Virus record (IMG/VR): IMGVR_UViG_3300008111_000027 | Span: 1 to 64,000 of that record | Reading direction: 5' to 3' (one strand) | Source: an uncultured virus (IMG/VR IMGVR_UViG_3300008111_000027) | Taxonomy: Duplodnaviria; Heunggongvirae; Uroviricota; Caudoviricetes | Length of the DNA stretch: 64,000 bases | Part shown: positions 24,701 to 34,705 of the stretch, one piece after another | Position numbering within the stretch: position 1 is the stretch's first letter | Layout of the letters: each line of letters begins with the position of its first letter | The notes under the pieces: generated by a model | What the model was told of the DNA's origin: nothing | The model's input: the letters and a program-made list of their open reading frames with translations, nothing else | Databases searched by the model: none | Program-made: the position numbers and the translations under genes

Positions 24701-25903
24701 GTCGTCCCAATTTAATGAAAACGCATATGAACCATCAACGTCGGAATTGTACTCCCTAATGTTTGGTATCAAATAACTAGCAACATATCTAACCCTACCT
24801 AAAGTTTCATTTTTACCTGATATTCTGAATCTATAACAAGCCGATGTTGGTATTCCTTTGTTAGGGTCATTTGTTGTTTCATTTTCACCAAATTCATTTG
24901 TGTACACAAAATCCATGTTCATGGGTAATGGGACCACAAATGAACCATCGTCCTCGATATCTTCTTGTATTTCGTATCTCTCAAGTATTGGTCGACCACT
25001 ACTGTCTTTATTTGGTGTAAACCTTATTATTTCAATAACAGCATCAAATGTGGTTAAATCACATTTTCGACCCATCTCACCTCTTGGTCTACAATTTTTA
25101 TTTATTGTATTTTTACCTTTATCCGAATATATTGAACCTAATAGATACGCTTTTGGCTCTACTTTAACCCCTTTACTTGATAAATCAAAATCAGTTCTGG
25201 TTAATCCAATTTCACATAAATCTTCGTTACCCCAAAAAGGATAAACTTCTATAGTTTGATTAAAAGAAACTATTTGAGGTAAAGTGTCTAAATCATTTGA
25301 CGCTTTGTACGAATATGTATTTTTGAATTTGTCAACACCTAAACCTTGTCTAATAAAATCGTCAGGTCTAAGTGAAAAACACCCAATATCAGATAAATCT
25401 ACATCAACATGAATTGTTTGTGTCCCTACAGGAACACCCCAAATCATGAAGTCACCAGCATCGTTTGTTTTTACAGTGTATTTGTAATATTTTTCATAAA
25501 CCTCAAGAACCTCTTCTCTCGTTAAAATATCTTTTTGGTCAGGGAATGTACCGGTTGGTTCGTGTCCACCGTGTTGTTTTCGACTTGGTAAAAGATTATA
25601 TCTATATCCTTCATCATTTTTACTATCTACCGTGGTAAATGGATATAACTCAGAAATTACGGGGTCGTTTGAATCTTCTTCGGATATTGGAATGAAAATA
25701 GAAACTCTAGCATTTGGAACACCGAATCCATTGTTTACAAAGATTCTTCCACAAACAACACCATAGTCCGCACACATTGAGGAGTATACCTCCGTCTGTG
25801 TGAATTTAAGGGATAATATTTCCAATAAGTCAAAGTCGTTTTTTAATTCGACAACAACTTTTTGGTCTTTACCTATATTTGTGGAAATTCTGTGTTTCTG
25901 CAT
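21779..25903 (-). CDS. Large Cys-rich baseplate/tail protein with N-terminal carboxypeptidase-regulatory-like (transthyretin-fold) domain
   Basis: 1374 aa. Motif GVVCGRIFVNNGFGVPNARVSIF...TVKTNDAGDFMIWGVPVGTQTIHVD; central hydrophobic helix; many Cys. Confidence 0.6.
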   Translation of the reverse strand: MQKHRISTNIGKDQKVVVELKNDFDLLEILSLKFTQTEVYSSMCADYGVVCGRIFVNNGFGVPNARVSIFIPISEEDSNDPVISELYPFTTVDSKNDEGYRYNLLPSRKQHGGHEPTGTFPDQKDILTREEVLEVYEKYYKYTVKTNDAGDFMIWGVPVGTQTIHVDVDLSDIGCFSLRPDDFIRQGLGVDKFKNTYSYKASNDLDTLPQIVSFNQTIEVYPFWGNEDLCEIGLTRTDFDLSSKGVKVEPKAYLLGSIYSDKGKNTINKNCRPRGEMGRKCDLTTFDAVIEIIRFTPNKDSSGRPILERYEIQEDIEDDGSFVVPLPMNMDFVYTNEFGENETTNDPNKGIPTSACYRFRISGKNETLGRVRYVASYLIPNIREYNSDVDGSYAFSLNWDDYPTSATSSSVIFNQTYGSYYPEDYFYRFTYNKVYTVTSYMGGHFKGGKDNFLGIKDIAPKAEEDCESSVVTPPINYAWRKFSFAILLAIIINAFERVIYTAFVGAVQIIIAPFQLIYEKVRIGPWNILGWTFYWAPFDGWDESIIEPLQALGTVRLSLTIYPECESCDEIQVFTEDSSTDTDPSNIYQKVASGTAVRDKLTFLVNCTTYTLPPPTTGTTTYTWRDCTNNSIQSQSIPFSGSSVTGVCARDGSMSYAGGDGVPVVTGTCDSTVTDIFICDYDPTEREYFLSESPSSGLTSYYYTGYTYGQSLSTIINNIIVNPNRNYYIRVTSYLAHSGAQTADITALSGLTTGNSYTFLYRNYTCGSTTGVLGRDLASANSWLQWNDPTIPKDYVWSGFTYEIYDSNYPITGSTTSSFDSTSLPEGCLSQNTIYDDSGIVKISYCASGTTADYSGTTANPGTNCNNLNLMVVGQAAANDLSKNPCSIKCDTRSGFSEFRFGVYTVIPAAHTDNRDVQFKLIREYARRKLVNKVFCEGIANYSFFDNWLAGSLYMFPFKARVRWDNEETLDLNVRGTNYCQNLLYYKVSEKTSNDAVKKFYYRSTKWNGSIFQKTASGSEFSTLRHPTTIMDLGPRDEFIKEICVDPTLDPNCSIVRSIGSTSYQNFKEMLGLYINYRLDTNANYNYKDFFSNNGYTSYYPFNTNKEILNGDVLQLISINNEAGIEEFDLQNRYYGQYSPVILDPDDYVQLFKSQSGTTNGPMPINFVLDDDGYRVRVCLNEPGRLTESSQIVPFFYWDKDGQGFGEGYGQSWDYATVVSQRLQGMTYNYAFTGDSTYNYVLFPMTKTYSGDTFTIAGADVNDGSFDVEDTNDVHLNYNNQEEGFTVLHITSGTTLSPDAGTLWIRVGEVGGWASKPWNNDVDFILKPTQVNYTGNKQILSTPFLFYFGLRPGATAVDKFIKLFGPKGAFPSQE

Positions 25904-25909
25904 TATTCT

Positions 25910-25916
25910 ATAAATA
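25910..25916 (-). promoter_or_regulatory. Candidate late promoter TATTTAT
   Basis: 6 nt upstream of ATG 25903; context TTTCTATTTATA is identical to that at 49170. Confidence 0.55.
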
Positions 25917-25955
25917 GAAAATTATGGATTTCCAGAAAAATAAATAAAAATTAAA

Positions 25956-27788
25956 TTAGAATGTAGTCGTTCCTAATGTTTTTACTCTAACTTTTATATC
26001 TTTCTGAGGAAATCTTATTTGATATATTTGGTTAGATTTCATATAGATAGTCATATCGGATTGAGCAATTTCTTTTGTGGTTGGGTCAATATATGATTGT
26101 AACACTTCAGAAGATGAATATTCTCCACCTACGTTATTGAAAACTCTTATATCGACAGCGTTTACCACTCCATTTACTTCACCTATTGTTTTATATAAAT
26201 CACCAACAAATAATGGGTCACCCATTTTTCTTTTTTCAATTGAAAAATAACTAACAGTATCCTCGATAATAGTTTTAACAATCTCTGTTTGGTTACCATT
26301 TTTATCAATAACAACGTCAATCTCTAGTGTGAAATCAACCACTTCACCGCTTTGAACTTCTAAAAAGTCATTAACCATTCGGTACTCGGCTAAGTAAGAT
26401 AAAATGTTGTTTTTTAATGTGTTTGAAACAGTATCAATAAGATTACCATTCTCATCATATGACAATAATTTAATTTTTATTTTATTGTCTTCTTCCATCA
26501 CGTTTACCTTAGCGGGAGCCCCATATGTTGATGGCATTGTCTCAATTAAAGATTTATAATCATTAAGAGTTACCGCCCTATTTTGTGCAGAGAAGTTATA
26601 TGCTATCATGTTTCTAACTTCTTCAATTGTGGGTTGGTCCGCACCTCCAACAGCTGGTGTTACGTTGGTTACGGTTAAAGAATTTTGTACTTGAGTGTTC
26701 GTTGATGAGTTAGGTCCATTAATAGAAAATTCAACATTATCTACACTTGTAATAATATCAATACCGAGATTACTATCCTTACCTCCTCCAATTCTATATT
26801 TTATGAATAACGTTGTATTTGATTTCGGTAAAGCACCTAATGATAGGTTATTCAAATACGTTCCAAGACTTACTCTTAAAGTACCTTGGTTATAGTTGTC
26901 CAAATTATCCAATGGATTAACATTACCAGAACCAAATGTTACCGAAAAATAATTTTCGGGAGTATATTCTGTAATAAATTTATTTGTAACTGGAACGTAT
27001 GTTCCCGATATGAAATTATCACTATCAGATGCCGATGTTGGGTCGGGCACAAATACTTTATCTTGTATTAATGATTTTACTTCGTACCATTTATTTTCAG
27101 AACTTAAAAATTCAGAGTTAGTTGGATTATTTACAAAGTTTGTTCCCTCTTTATGAATTACTCCACTCACCCCTAATATGTTTTGTTCAGGTAAGAATAT
27201 TTTTAAGAAAGGTTTTTGGTCAACTTCTGTTATAACTTTTCTATATATTCTTGTTACACCATTTACAACAGCTTCTCTTTTTACAATTGAGTATGATATG
27301 AGTCTATTATTACCATCAAAATTTGGGATTTTTAATCTGTTTGGTTCACCTCTTTTATTGAAGGGATTTGAGAAATCAATATCGTCGATGGTTTCAAAAA
27401 CTTGTCCCCCACCCGATACTTGTGCACCTGATTTTATAGTCCCCAAATAACGCTCATCTTCTTTATCTCCTCTAACAGGTACTTGTATTGTAAAATCACA
27501 CAAAGAAACCGATGGTCTATTACCTGGTATTCTCATACCATATGTTTTGGCAATATGATACAATGATTGTCTTTGTTGTGCAAAATCTAGCATTGTCTCT
27601 TGCCAAACCCTATCAATGTGAAAATGTAAATTGTCTGTCACAGCGGCATTTAAATCCAATAAAACAGAATAAATTGATGCGTCATTTGTATTCTTAATCA
27701 AATCGGGATAATATTCCCTTGTGAGATTAACTAGTTCCTGTCTTAAACTCGCAAAGTCTCTGACGGCGTATGATATTTTTTTAGCCAT
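25956..27788 (-). CDS. Baseplate wedge subunit (T4 gp6 / gpJ-like)
   Basis: 610 aa. Motifs RDFASLRQEL, YRIGGGKDSN, AVGGAD and QNRAVTLNDY; follows gp25. Confidence 0.9.
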   Translation of the reverse strand: MAKKISYAVRDFASLRQELVNLTREYYPDLIKNTNDASIYSVLLDLNAAVTDNLHFHIDRVWQETMLDFAQQRQSLYHIAKTYGMRIPGNRPSVSLCDFTIQVPVRGDKEDERYLGTIKSGAQVSGGGQVFETIDDIDFSNPFNKRGEPNRLKIPNFDGNNRLISYSIVKREAVVNGVTRIYRKVITEVDQKPFLKIFLPEQNILGVSGVIHKEGTNFVNNPTNSEFLSSENKWYEVKSLIQDKVFVPDPTSASDSDNFISGTYVPVTNKFITEYTPENYFSVTFGSGNVNPLDNLDNYNQGTLRVSLGTYLNNLSLGALPKSNTTLFIKYRIGGGKDSNLGIDIITSVDNVEFSINGPNSSTNTQVQNSLTVTNVTPAVGGADQPTIEEVRNMIAYNFSAQNRAVTLNDYKSLIETMPSTYGAPAKVNVMEEDNKIKIKLLSYDENGNLIDTVSNTLKNNILSYLAEYRMVNDFLEVQSGEVVDFTLEIDVVIDKNGNQTEIVKTIIEDTVSYFSIEKRKMGDPLFVGDLYKTIGEVNGVVNAVDIRVFNNVGGEYSSSEVLQSYIDPTTKEIAQSDMTIYMKSNQIYQIRFPQKDIKVRVKTLGTTTF

Positions 27789-27789
27789 A

Positions 27790-28242
27790 TTATATGTTAA
27801 TAATTATAAAATCGGACGAAACAAAAGGTTCGTTATTTATGTCATAGTCAATTCGAACTTTTGCGGTATATGGTTTGGTTGAATAATCAGAAACTCTAAA
27901 CAATCTTGAGTCCTCATCTTCTTGTGGGCTCATAGATTCTTCAGGGTCTTGGTCAGCGGGTGTAACTCTAATTGATTTTATTTCTAAATTAGGTATGTAT
28001 AATTTCACCGCAGTTCTTATTTCATCTTCTATCTGACCCCATGTTACAGCGTCATTTGGTTCAAAAATAAATTCATATAATCTAGTCCCAAAATCAGGTA
28101 AATAATATCTTGAACCCTTTCTTGTTAATAACAAGTGAATCAAGTTTGCACGAATCTCTCTCTCAGGGGTTTCGGTCATAACCAAAAAATCACCCTTAGG
28201 ACTAATTCTGAATGGAAAATCTATACCATATGTAATCGCCAT
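27790..28242 (-). CDS. Baseplate wedge / sheath initiator (T4 gp25 / gpW-like)
   Basis: 150 aa. LLLTRKGSRYYLPDFGTRLYEFIFEP signature. Confidence 0.92.
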   Translation of the reverse strand: MAITYGIDFPFRISPKGDFLVMTETPEREIRANLIHLLLTRKGSRYYLPDFGTRLYEFIFEPNDAVTWGQIEDEIRTAVKLYIPNLEIKSIRVTPADQDPEESMSPQEDEDSRLFRVSDYSTKPYTAKVRIDYDINNEPFVSSDFIIINI

Positions 28243-28246
28243 ACTA

Positions 28247-28253
28247 ATAAATA
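28247..28253 (-). promoter_or_regulatory. Candidate late promoter TATTTAT (second copy at 28274-28280)
   Basis: 4 nt upstream of the gp25 ATG. The 13-bp direct repeat ATACTAATAAATA occurs at 28241 and 28268. Confidence 0.55.
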
Positions 28254-28279
28254 TAACTAAAGAACAAATACTAATAAAT

Positions 28280-28306
28280 AAAAAAATCCCAACCGAAGTT
28301 GGGATT
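28280..28306 (-). terminator. Rho-independent terminator after nrdA
   Basis: Minus strand AATCCCAAC-TTCG-GTTGGGATT-TTTTT, with a C(UUCG)G tetraloop. Confidence 0.85.
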
Positions 28307-28392
28307 ATATATTGTTTGATTTTTTTGCTCCTGTATAATCAAACAAAGTAGATGTATGGTTAATTATAAAATATCAATGGAGCCACCTACAG

Positions 28393-30825
28393 TTACGAGC
28401 CACAACCTTCACATTCAAAAGGAGAATCTGTTGGTCTTGATGGTATTGACATCTCCACGACTTCTTCTTCTTTTTGATTATTTTGGTTGTATGAAGTATT
28501 TTGTACTTCTTTAGCTTCAACTGTGGGTTTTGCTGTTGAGGTGTCGATTCCTAAACCCTTTAATGGGTCAACAGCAGCTCTGGTTCGTAAATAATACATA
28601 CCCGTTTTTAAACCAAGTTTCCATCCATAAAGATGTGCGGCTAAAACTTTGGTTTTGTTTGCGTTGTCAATAAATAAATTTAAAGACTGTGATTGGTCAA
28701 TGTAAATTGACCTGTTTGCCGCCATGGTTAAGATTCTTTTTTGAGACATTTCCCAAACTGTTTTGTAAACTTCTTTCACATCAACAGGTACCTCAGGAAT
28801 GTTTTGAACAGAACCATTTTCCATGATTAGTTTTTTCTTTAATTCGTCAGACCACAATCCTCTTTCAAGTAATTCATTTACGAGATGTTTATTGATTACA
28901 ATAAATTCACCTCCTAATGTTCTTCTTGAGTAAAGGTTAGATGTAAATGGTTCAAATGCTTCATTATTACCAAGAATTTGTGCGGTAGATGCTGTTGGCA
29001 TAGGAGCAACTAATAGAGAGTTTCTTACACCATGTTTAACAACATCTTTTCTTAGTGACTTCCAATCCCATCTTCCACTTGTGTCCTTGTCTGTTTTACC
29101 CCATAACTCGTATTGAAATTGACCTTTAGATAACGGAGAACCTTCAAATGAAGAGTACGCCCCGTTTTCAACAGCCAAGTCTTTAGACGATGTGAGAGCC
29201 GCGAAATAAATTGTTTCAAATATTTCTACTTGTAATTTGTCCGAATCCTCACTTTCAAAAGGTAATTTTAACATACAAAACACATCCGCCAATCCTTGTA
29301 CACCTAAACCAACTGGTCTATGTTTCATGTTTGAAAGTTTTGTTTCCTCAGTAGGGTAAAAATTCAAATCAATAACGTTGTTTAGGTTTTTCACAACTTG
29401 ATATACATTATCATAAAGTAGTTCATGATTAAATTCTTTATTAATGATGTATTTTGGTAATGCGATTGACGCTAAATTACAAACCGCTTGTTCTGTTGGG
29501 CTTGAGTACTCAATAATCTCGGTACACAAATTAGATGATTTAATTGTACCTAAGTTCTTTTGGTTTGATTTGTAATTAGCAGCATCCTTGTACAACATGT
29601 ATGGGGTACCGGTCTCAATTTGTGCCGTTAAAATTGCGTCCATTAATTTTCTCGCTTTAACAACTTTTCTTGCTCGACCCTCTTTCTCATACCTTTCGTA
29701 CAATTCTGTGAATTCTTGAGTAAAAGAAAATGGGTCATCATAAGCGTCTGACAAACCAGGAGCTTCATCAGGTGAAAATAGTGACCACTCCCCGTCTTCC
29801 TCAACTCTTTTCATAAAAAGATTGGGTGTCCACATCGCTAAGAATAAATCACGAGCCCTTAATTCTTCTTTACCGTGATTTTTTCTCAAATCAATAAATT
29901 CAAAAACATCTGCGTGCCATGGCTCAAGATAAATCGCGAAAGAACCTTTTCTTTTACCACCCTGATTAATCCAACGAGCGACTTCATTGTATGTTTTCAT
30001 CATCGGGAGTAGTCCGTCTGATTCACCACCTGTTCCTTTAATATATGAACCCTTGGCTCTAACATCATGAACATGTAGTCCGATACCACCAGCCCATTTT
30101 GAAATTTTAGCAACATCTTTAATTGTGTCAAACAAACCATCAATGTCATCACCTTTATTACCAATTAAGAAACAAGAAGACATTTGTGGTCTACGAGTAC
30201 CGGCATTAAACAAAGTTGGAGTTGCGTGAGTGTAAAAATGTTGTGATAAATCGTCATAAATTCTCAAAGCAGTTTCTAAGTCACCATTACAAATACCAAC
30301 AGCAACTCTCATGTACATATATTGAGGTCTTTCAACGATTCTTCTTCCGATTTTCAAAAGGTAAGAACGTTCAAGAGTTTTAAATCCAAAATAATCAAAA
30401 TCAAAATCTCTCTCTTGAACAATCGCACCATCTAAAGATTCTTTGTTTTGAATCACAAATTGATAAACCTCATCTGATATTAAAGATGAATCTTTTCCTG
30501 TTCTTGGTTCAATAAATGAGTGAAGTTCTTTAATACATTGGGAAAACTTTTTTGGTGTCGTTTTATGTAGATTTGACACCGCCAATCTTCCAGCTAATTT
30601 AGCATAGTCTGAATGTGTTGTTACCATAGACGCAGCCGTCTCGGCTGCTAATGTGTCCAACTCAGTTGTAGATATACCATCGTAAATCCCTTGAGTAACT
30701 TTAAGAGTCACTAATGTTGGGTCAATGTATTCTAAATTCAAATCATCACAGAAATATTGTATTCTTCTGGTGATTTTGTCATATCTCATTTCTTCCAATG
30801 AGCCATCTCTCTTTTTTACTTTCAT
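28393..30825 (-). CDS. nrdA: Ribonucleoside-diphosphate reductase class Ia alpha subunit
   Basis: N-terminal ATP cone (VKKRDG), TPTLFNAG, SSCF, SNLCTEI, APMPTAST, GLKTGMYYLR and C-terminal CEGC. Confidence 0.98.
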   Translation of the reverse strand: MKVKKRDGSLEEMRYDKITRRIQYFCDDLNLEYIDPTLVTLKVTQGIYDGISTTELDTLAAETAASMVTTHSDYAKLAGRLAVSNLHKTTPKKFSQCIKELHSFIEPRTGKDSSLISDEVYQFVIQNKESLDGAIVQERDFDFDYFGFKTLERSYLLKIGRRIVERPQYMYMRVAVGICNGDLETALRIYDDLSQHFYTHATPTLFNAGTRRPQMSSCFLIGNKGDDIDGLFDTIKDVAKISKWAGGIGLHVHDVRAKGSYIKGTGGESDGLLPMMKTYNEVARWINQGGKRKGSFAIYLEPWHADVFEFIDLRKNHGKEELRARDLFLAMWTPNLFMKRVEEDGEWSLFSPDEAPGLSDAYDDPFSFTQEFTELYERYEKEGRARKVVKARKLMDAILTAQIETGTPYMLYKDAANYKSNQKNLGTIKSSNLCTEIIEYSSPTEQAVCNLASIALPKYIINKEFNHELLYDNVYQVVKNLNNVIDLNFYPTEETKLSNMKHRPVGLGVQGLADVFCMLKLPFESEDSDKLQVEIFETIYFAALTSSKDLAVENGAYSSFEGSPLSKGQFQYELWGKTDKDTSGRWDWKSLRKDVVKHGVRNSLLVAPMPTASTAQILGNNEAFEPFTSNLYSRRTLGGEFIVINKHLVNELLERGLWSDELKKKLIMENGSVQNIPEVPVDVKEVYKTVWEMSQKRILTMAANRSIYIDQSQSLNLFIDNANKTKVLAAHLYGWKLGLKTGMYYLRTRAAVDPLKGLGIDTSTAKPTVEAKEVQNTSYNQNNQKEEEVVEMSIPSRPTDSPFECEGCGS

Positions 30826-30832
30826 AATCTAA

Positions 30833-31810
30833 TTAAAAATCTATATCTTCAAATGATGTATCCATATCTTCAATGGAAACGTTATTATTCACACCAGCTT
30901 TTTGATATTCAGCAACTCTTTTTTCAAAGAAATTAGTCTTACCTTGAAGAGCAATATTTTGCATGAAATCAAATGGATTTTCAACATTGTAGACCTTTGA
31001 ACAATTTAATGACATTAATAGTCTATCGGTCACAAATTCCAAATATTGAGACATCAAATCTGAATTCATACCAATTAGTTTAACAGGTAGTGCCTCTAAA
31101 ATAAATTCTTTTTCAATCTCTAAAGCTCCACAGATAATGTCTTTAATTCTCTTCTCACTTAATTTATTTTCAATATGGTGATTAAACAAATGACAAGCAA
31201 AGTCACAGTGCATTCCTTCATCTCTTGAAATAAGCTCATTTGAAAAGGTTAAACCCGGCATTAAACCACGTTTTTTGAGCCAGAAAATAGAACAGAATGA
31301 GCCAGAAAAGAAAATACCCTCAACAGCAGCAAAGGCAATAAGTCTTTCAACGAAGGTACCCTTTTCAATATACTTTAACGCCCATTCCGCCTTTTTCTTA
31401 ACAGCAGGGATTGTGTCAATTGCATTAAATAATCTACCTTGTTCTTGTTTATCCTTGATATATGTATCAATCAACAAAGAATAAGTTTCACTGTGAATAT
31501 TTTCCATCATGATTTGGAAACCATAAAACATTTTAGCTTCCGTATATTGTACCGCATTCACAAAATTCATTGCAATGTTTTCATTTACAATACCATCCGA
31601 AGCGGCGAAAAATGCTAATACGTTTTTAACAAAATGTTGTTCATCTTCATTTAGTTTGTTTTCCCAATCATAAATGTCTTGAGCTAAATCAATTTCTTCA
31701 GCAGTCCAAAAACATGCTTCTTGTTGTTTGTAAAGTTTCCAAATGTCGTGGTGTTCGATTGGAAAAAGGACAAAACGTCCTGGATTTTCTTTCAAAATCT
31801 TCTCTGTCAT
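30833..31810 (-). CDS. nrdB: Ribonucleoside-diphosphate reductase class Ia beta subunit
   Basis: [29 protein letters not shown] (radical Tyr), [22 protein letters not shown]. Confidence 0.98.
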   Translation of the reverse strand: MTEKILKENPGRFVLFPIEHHDIWKLYKQQEACFWTAEEIDLAQDIYDWENKLNEDEQHFVKNVLAFFAASDGIVNENIAMNFVNAVQYTEAKMFYGFQIMMENIHSETYSLLIDTYIKDKQEQGRLFNAIDTIPAVKKKAEWALKYIEKGTFVERLIAFAAVEGIFFSGSFCSIFWLKKRGLMPGLTFSNELISRDEGMHCDFACHLFNHHIENKLSEKRIKDIICGALEIEKEFILEALPVKLIGMNSDLMSQYLEFVTDRLLMSLNCSKVYNVENPFDFMQNIALQGKTNFFEKRVAEYQKAGVNNNVSIEDMDTSFEDIDF

Positions 31811-31824
31811 GGTGATAATAATTA

Positions 31825-33201
31825 TTAATTTCTGTTTAAAGTTTCCTGTCTTTTGGTGAAAGCTTCTCTCACCCTGTCAGCAGCGTTTTTTTGTTTCTCC
31901 TCTTTATGACCAAGGAGTGTTGTTTGAGACTCAGTATCAATGACTAACAGTCTATTGTCAAATTTACAATTCTGCCAAATAATTCCGTCACGACCAATTC
32001 TTGACTTAAGTAAAGTCATGGTTGCTAAGTTATGTTCTTTTTGTTCTATGGTTTTACCTATTGATAAAATTACGTGGGCAATTTGCGCTTTTTTAATTGA
32101 CCCACCCATTTGGTCACTGTTTACAACTTCAGATGAAATAGATTCTCTGTTACCCTGAGTAGCCGTCCATATAACAATTCCAAATTCACTTGTCATCGCT
32201 TCTAAACTTCTCATTACTGAACCTTCACCTTTCCATTCTTCACCGAAATTAGATTTTTCGGGACTGATACAGTCGACATAATCAATAACTAAAAGGTCAA
32301 TCTTTTTACCTTCTGAAATTCTTTTTCTCAATCGAGATTTAATCTCAGATATTGAAACTGAATCACTTGGTAACTTTAAAATATCCAAGGTTCCTTTACT
32401 TTGAGTTTGAACCTCGTTTATCTTTTCTTTTACAAAATCTTTATTTTCAGGTTGTTCATCGGGTGCAATTCCTGACCAAATTGTGTAATGTTTCTTTTTG
32501 ATGTTATCGGGATTGTCTTCAAAAAATATTTGAAGAACATTGTACCCATGTAAGTAAGCAGTATTTGCAAATAATGATAATATGGTCGTTTTACCCGTAC
32601 CTGTTGGTGCTAATACAACACCAAGTTCCCCAATACCCAAACCACCTTTTAAAGCGGTGTCAAGACCCTCTATACCTGTTGGTATTGGTTGTCTATTATC
32701 TTTTTCTAAAGCGGCGTCGATATTGTGAAAAACATCCATACATTCTTCAGGTGGTAATCCGACTTGTAGTGCCTTTTGAATAATACCTTCAATCTTATGA
32801 TACTCTTGGAATTTACCATTTTCAATAATGGTTGTTACCATTTTAAGTTCCTTCTTTAAATTTTGTTGTTTACAAAAATTCAAAGCCTCTTCTCTGACCA
32901 TTGGGTCATCTACGGTATTTTCTTTGATGTCGTGAATTGTATCTAAATGTATTCTCGCGGTTTCTTGTGAACCCATTTCAAGAATTATAGTTTGACACAA
33001 ACTTTGATAATCAGGAATTTTCCCATATTTCTGATAGTACTCTTTGATATGGGAGGTAATAAATCTAAAAGAACTATTATCAAAATATTTGCTCTCGATT
33101 ACATCAATAATCTGTTCACCGTACTTTTTATCCTCTACAATTGATTTAATTAACGTTTGTTGAAATGACGCTCCGAGAAAACCAAAATTTTTTTCTGACA
33201 T
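31825..33201 (-). CDS. dnaB: Replicative DNA helicase (DnaB / T4 gp41-like)
   Basis: IPTG, Walker [10 protein letters not shown], Walker [20 protein letters not shown] arginine finger. Confidence 0.92.
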   Translation of the reverse strand: MSEKNFGFLGASFQQTLIKSIVEDKKYGEQIIDVIESKYFDNSSFRFITSHIKEYYQKYGKIPDYQSLCQTIILEMGSQETARIHLDTIHDIKENTVDDPMVREEALNFCKQQNLKKELKMVTTIIENGKFQEYHKIEGIIQKALQVGLPPEECMDVFHNIDAALEKDNRQPIPTGIEGLDTALKGGLGIGELGVVLAPTGTGKTTILSLFANTAYLHGYNVLQIFFEDNPDNIKKKHYTIWSGIAPDEQPENKDFVKEKINEVQTQSKGTLDILKLPSDSVSISEIKSRLRKRISEGKKIDLLVIDYVDCISPEKSNFGEEWKGEGSVMRSLEAMTSEFGIVIWTATQGNRESISSEVVNSDQMGGSIKKAQIAHVILSIGKTIEQKEHNLATMTLLKSRIGRDGIIWQNCKFDNRLLVIDTESQTTLLGHKEEKQKNAADRVREAFTKRQETLNRN

Positions 33202-33215
33202 AGTTTTTTATTTTT

Positions 33216-33659
33216 TTATAATTGATAGTTTAAATAAGTTGTTTCCAAATCTCTAGATGATAAAATGTCGGTTAAATCTGACAAATATCTCTTTAAATAA
33301 GGACGAATGTCTACCGTATATCTAACCTTTGGGTGATAGACTTTAGCGGAAAACATCCTTTGAATAAATACATCGTCACCCATCTTAATCTCGAGCAAAA
33401 AGTACTCTTTTTCATTTTGTTCATCGGTTTCTGCACTATCCAAACCGTAAAAATAATCACGATTTTCATGTAGATAATCCAATGTTTTTGTTTTCAAATC
33501 TACACCAATATCGTCACAAATATTTTTAACGTAATAGTGTAAATCCATAGAACGTCTCGACTTTGGGTTATGCTCTCTTACATTGAAGAAGCGCTGACAG
33601 ATAATGTTTCCTTCTAATGTCAAAAGGAACTCGAACTTTGTTACTTCTTGATTACTCAT
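33216..33659 (-). CDS. Hypothetical protein in replication cluster
   Basis: 147 aa, overlaps the exonuclease stop, same strand as neighbours. Confidence 0.75.
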   Translation of the reverse strand: MSNQEVTKFEFLLTLEGNIICQRFFNVREHNPKSRRSMDLHYYVKNICDDIGVDLKTKTLDYLHENRDYFYGLDSAETDEQNEKEYFLLEIKMGDDVFIQRMFSAKVYHPKVRYTVDIRPYLKRYLSDLTDILSSRDLETTYLNYQL

Positions 33660-34674
33660 TGTTTTTGATTTTAATTAATTTTTTATTCTTTTCTTTTCTT
33701 GTTAATCTTAAAAATGGATTGAGGAAGTTTATCCACGCATCATCCGATTTTGGAAGTAATAAAAATATACCATCTTCCATCATCATCTTCATGGTGTTTT
33801 TATATGACCGACCTTCAGGGTCAATCAAATCGTTTATTAATGAAGTTATAGATTCCCTTGCTTCATCAGTTAAGAAAGGATTATCAAGACTTACAATACG
33901 ACTATTGACATCAAAAAATTCCTCACCTAATATCCCATATTTGGTAACACCTGTCAGAAGATTCTTTACAAGACGATTATCGTTGTCTTCCTCAAATAAA
34001 TTGTTAAATCTTTCAAGAATAAATTCAACGGTAATCTCTTCGGTTTTAATTTCAGGAACTAATGAAATTAATCTCCTGACACCTAAATTTTTGATGCCCG
34101 CAATATTATCCGATGGGTCACCACAAATCATCTTGACCAATTTTATATTCTGTATAAGAATTTGTTCATGGTCATAAACGAACATATCATTTGGTTGGTA
34201 TATTTTACTGTGTGAGGGATTAAAGAGTTTGGTATTTTCTGAAACTAATTGAGTCAAATCACCATCTGAAGAAAAAATTATTTTGTTTTCTTTTGGTGAG
34301 TTTTGAACATAATATGCGATTGAATCGTCTGACTCACAGAATTCATATTCACCTTGTCTAACAAATAGTTCTTCAAGATATTGTTTAATTCTGTTTCTTT
34401 GTTTTCCGTAAGAATGTAATTCTTCTTCAGACCTGATACGAGATTTTCTATTCTCTTTGTATTGATGGTAGAACCTTTTTCTTGTTATAGAACCATCTTG
34501 TCCATCCCAAAAAACGACAATCTTATCCAAATGATGGATTTCAATTGTTCGTCTTAAGGTGTTTATAAAATGATATATCCCACCAATATGTTCCCCCTTA
34601 TAAAAGTGATTTTTTAATCCAAAAAAACCAATAGTAAGTAAATTGTCACCATCTACCAATAATACATTAGACAT
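33652..34674 (-). CDS. 5'-3' exonuclease / flap endonuclease (T4 RNase H, Pol I N-terminal-like)
   Basis: LLVDGDN, VFWDG, YKENR, ESDD, SSDGDLTQL and GDPSDNIAGIKNLG (H3TH). Confidence 0.93.
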   Translation of the reverse strand: MSNVLLVDGDNLLTIGFFGLKNHFYKGEHIGGIYHFINTLRRTIEIHHLDKIVVFWDGQDGSITRKRFYHQYKENRKSRIRSEEELHSYGKQRNRIKQYLEELFVRQGEYEFCESDDSIAYYVQNSPKENKIIFSSDGDLTQLVSENTKLFNPSHSKIYQPNDMFVYDHEQILIQNIKLVKMICGDPSDNIAGIKNLGVRRLISLVPEIKTEEITVEFILERFNNLFEEDNDNRLVKNLLTGVTKYGILGEEFFDVNSRIVSLDNPFLTDEARESITSLINDLIDPEGRSYKNTMKMMMEDGIFLLLPKSDDAWINFLNPFLRLTRKEKNKKLIKIKNNE

Positions 34675-34705
34675 TAATCATCACTCTTATAGGGTTAAAC
34701 AAAAA

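Noticed and set aside
28393..31810. Eukaryotic or giant-virus origin suggested by eukaryote-like RNR sequences
   Set aside because: Similar class Ia RNRs occur in bacteria and phages. Contractile tail genes, coupled operons and bacterial terminators indicate a bacteriophage.
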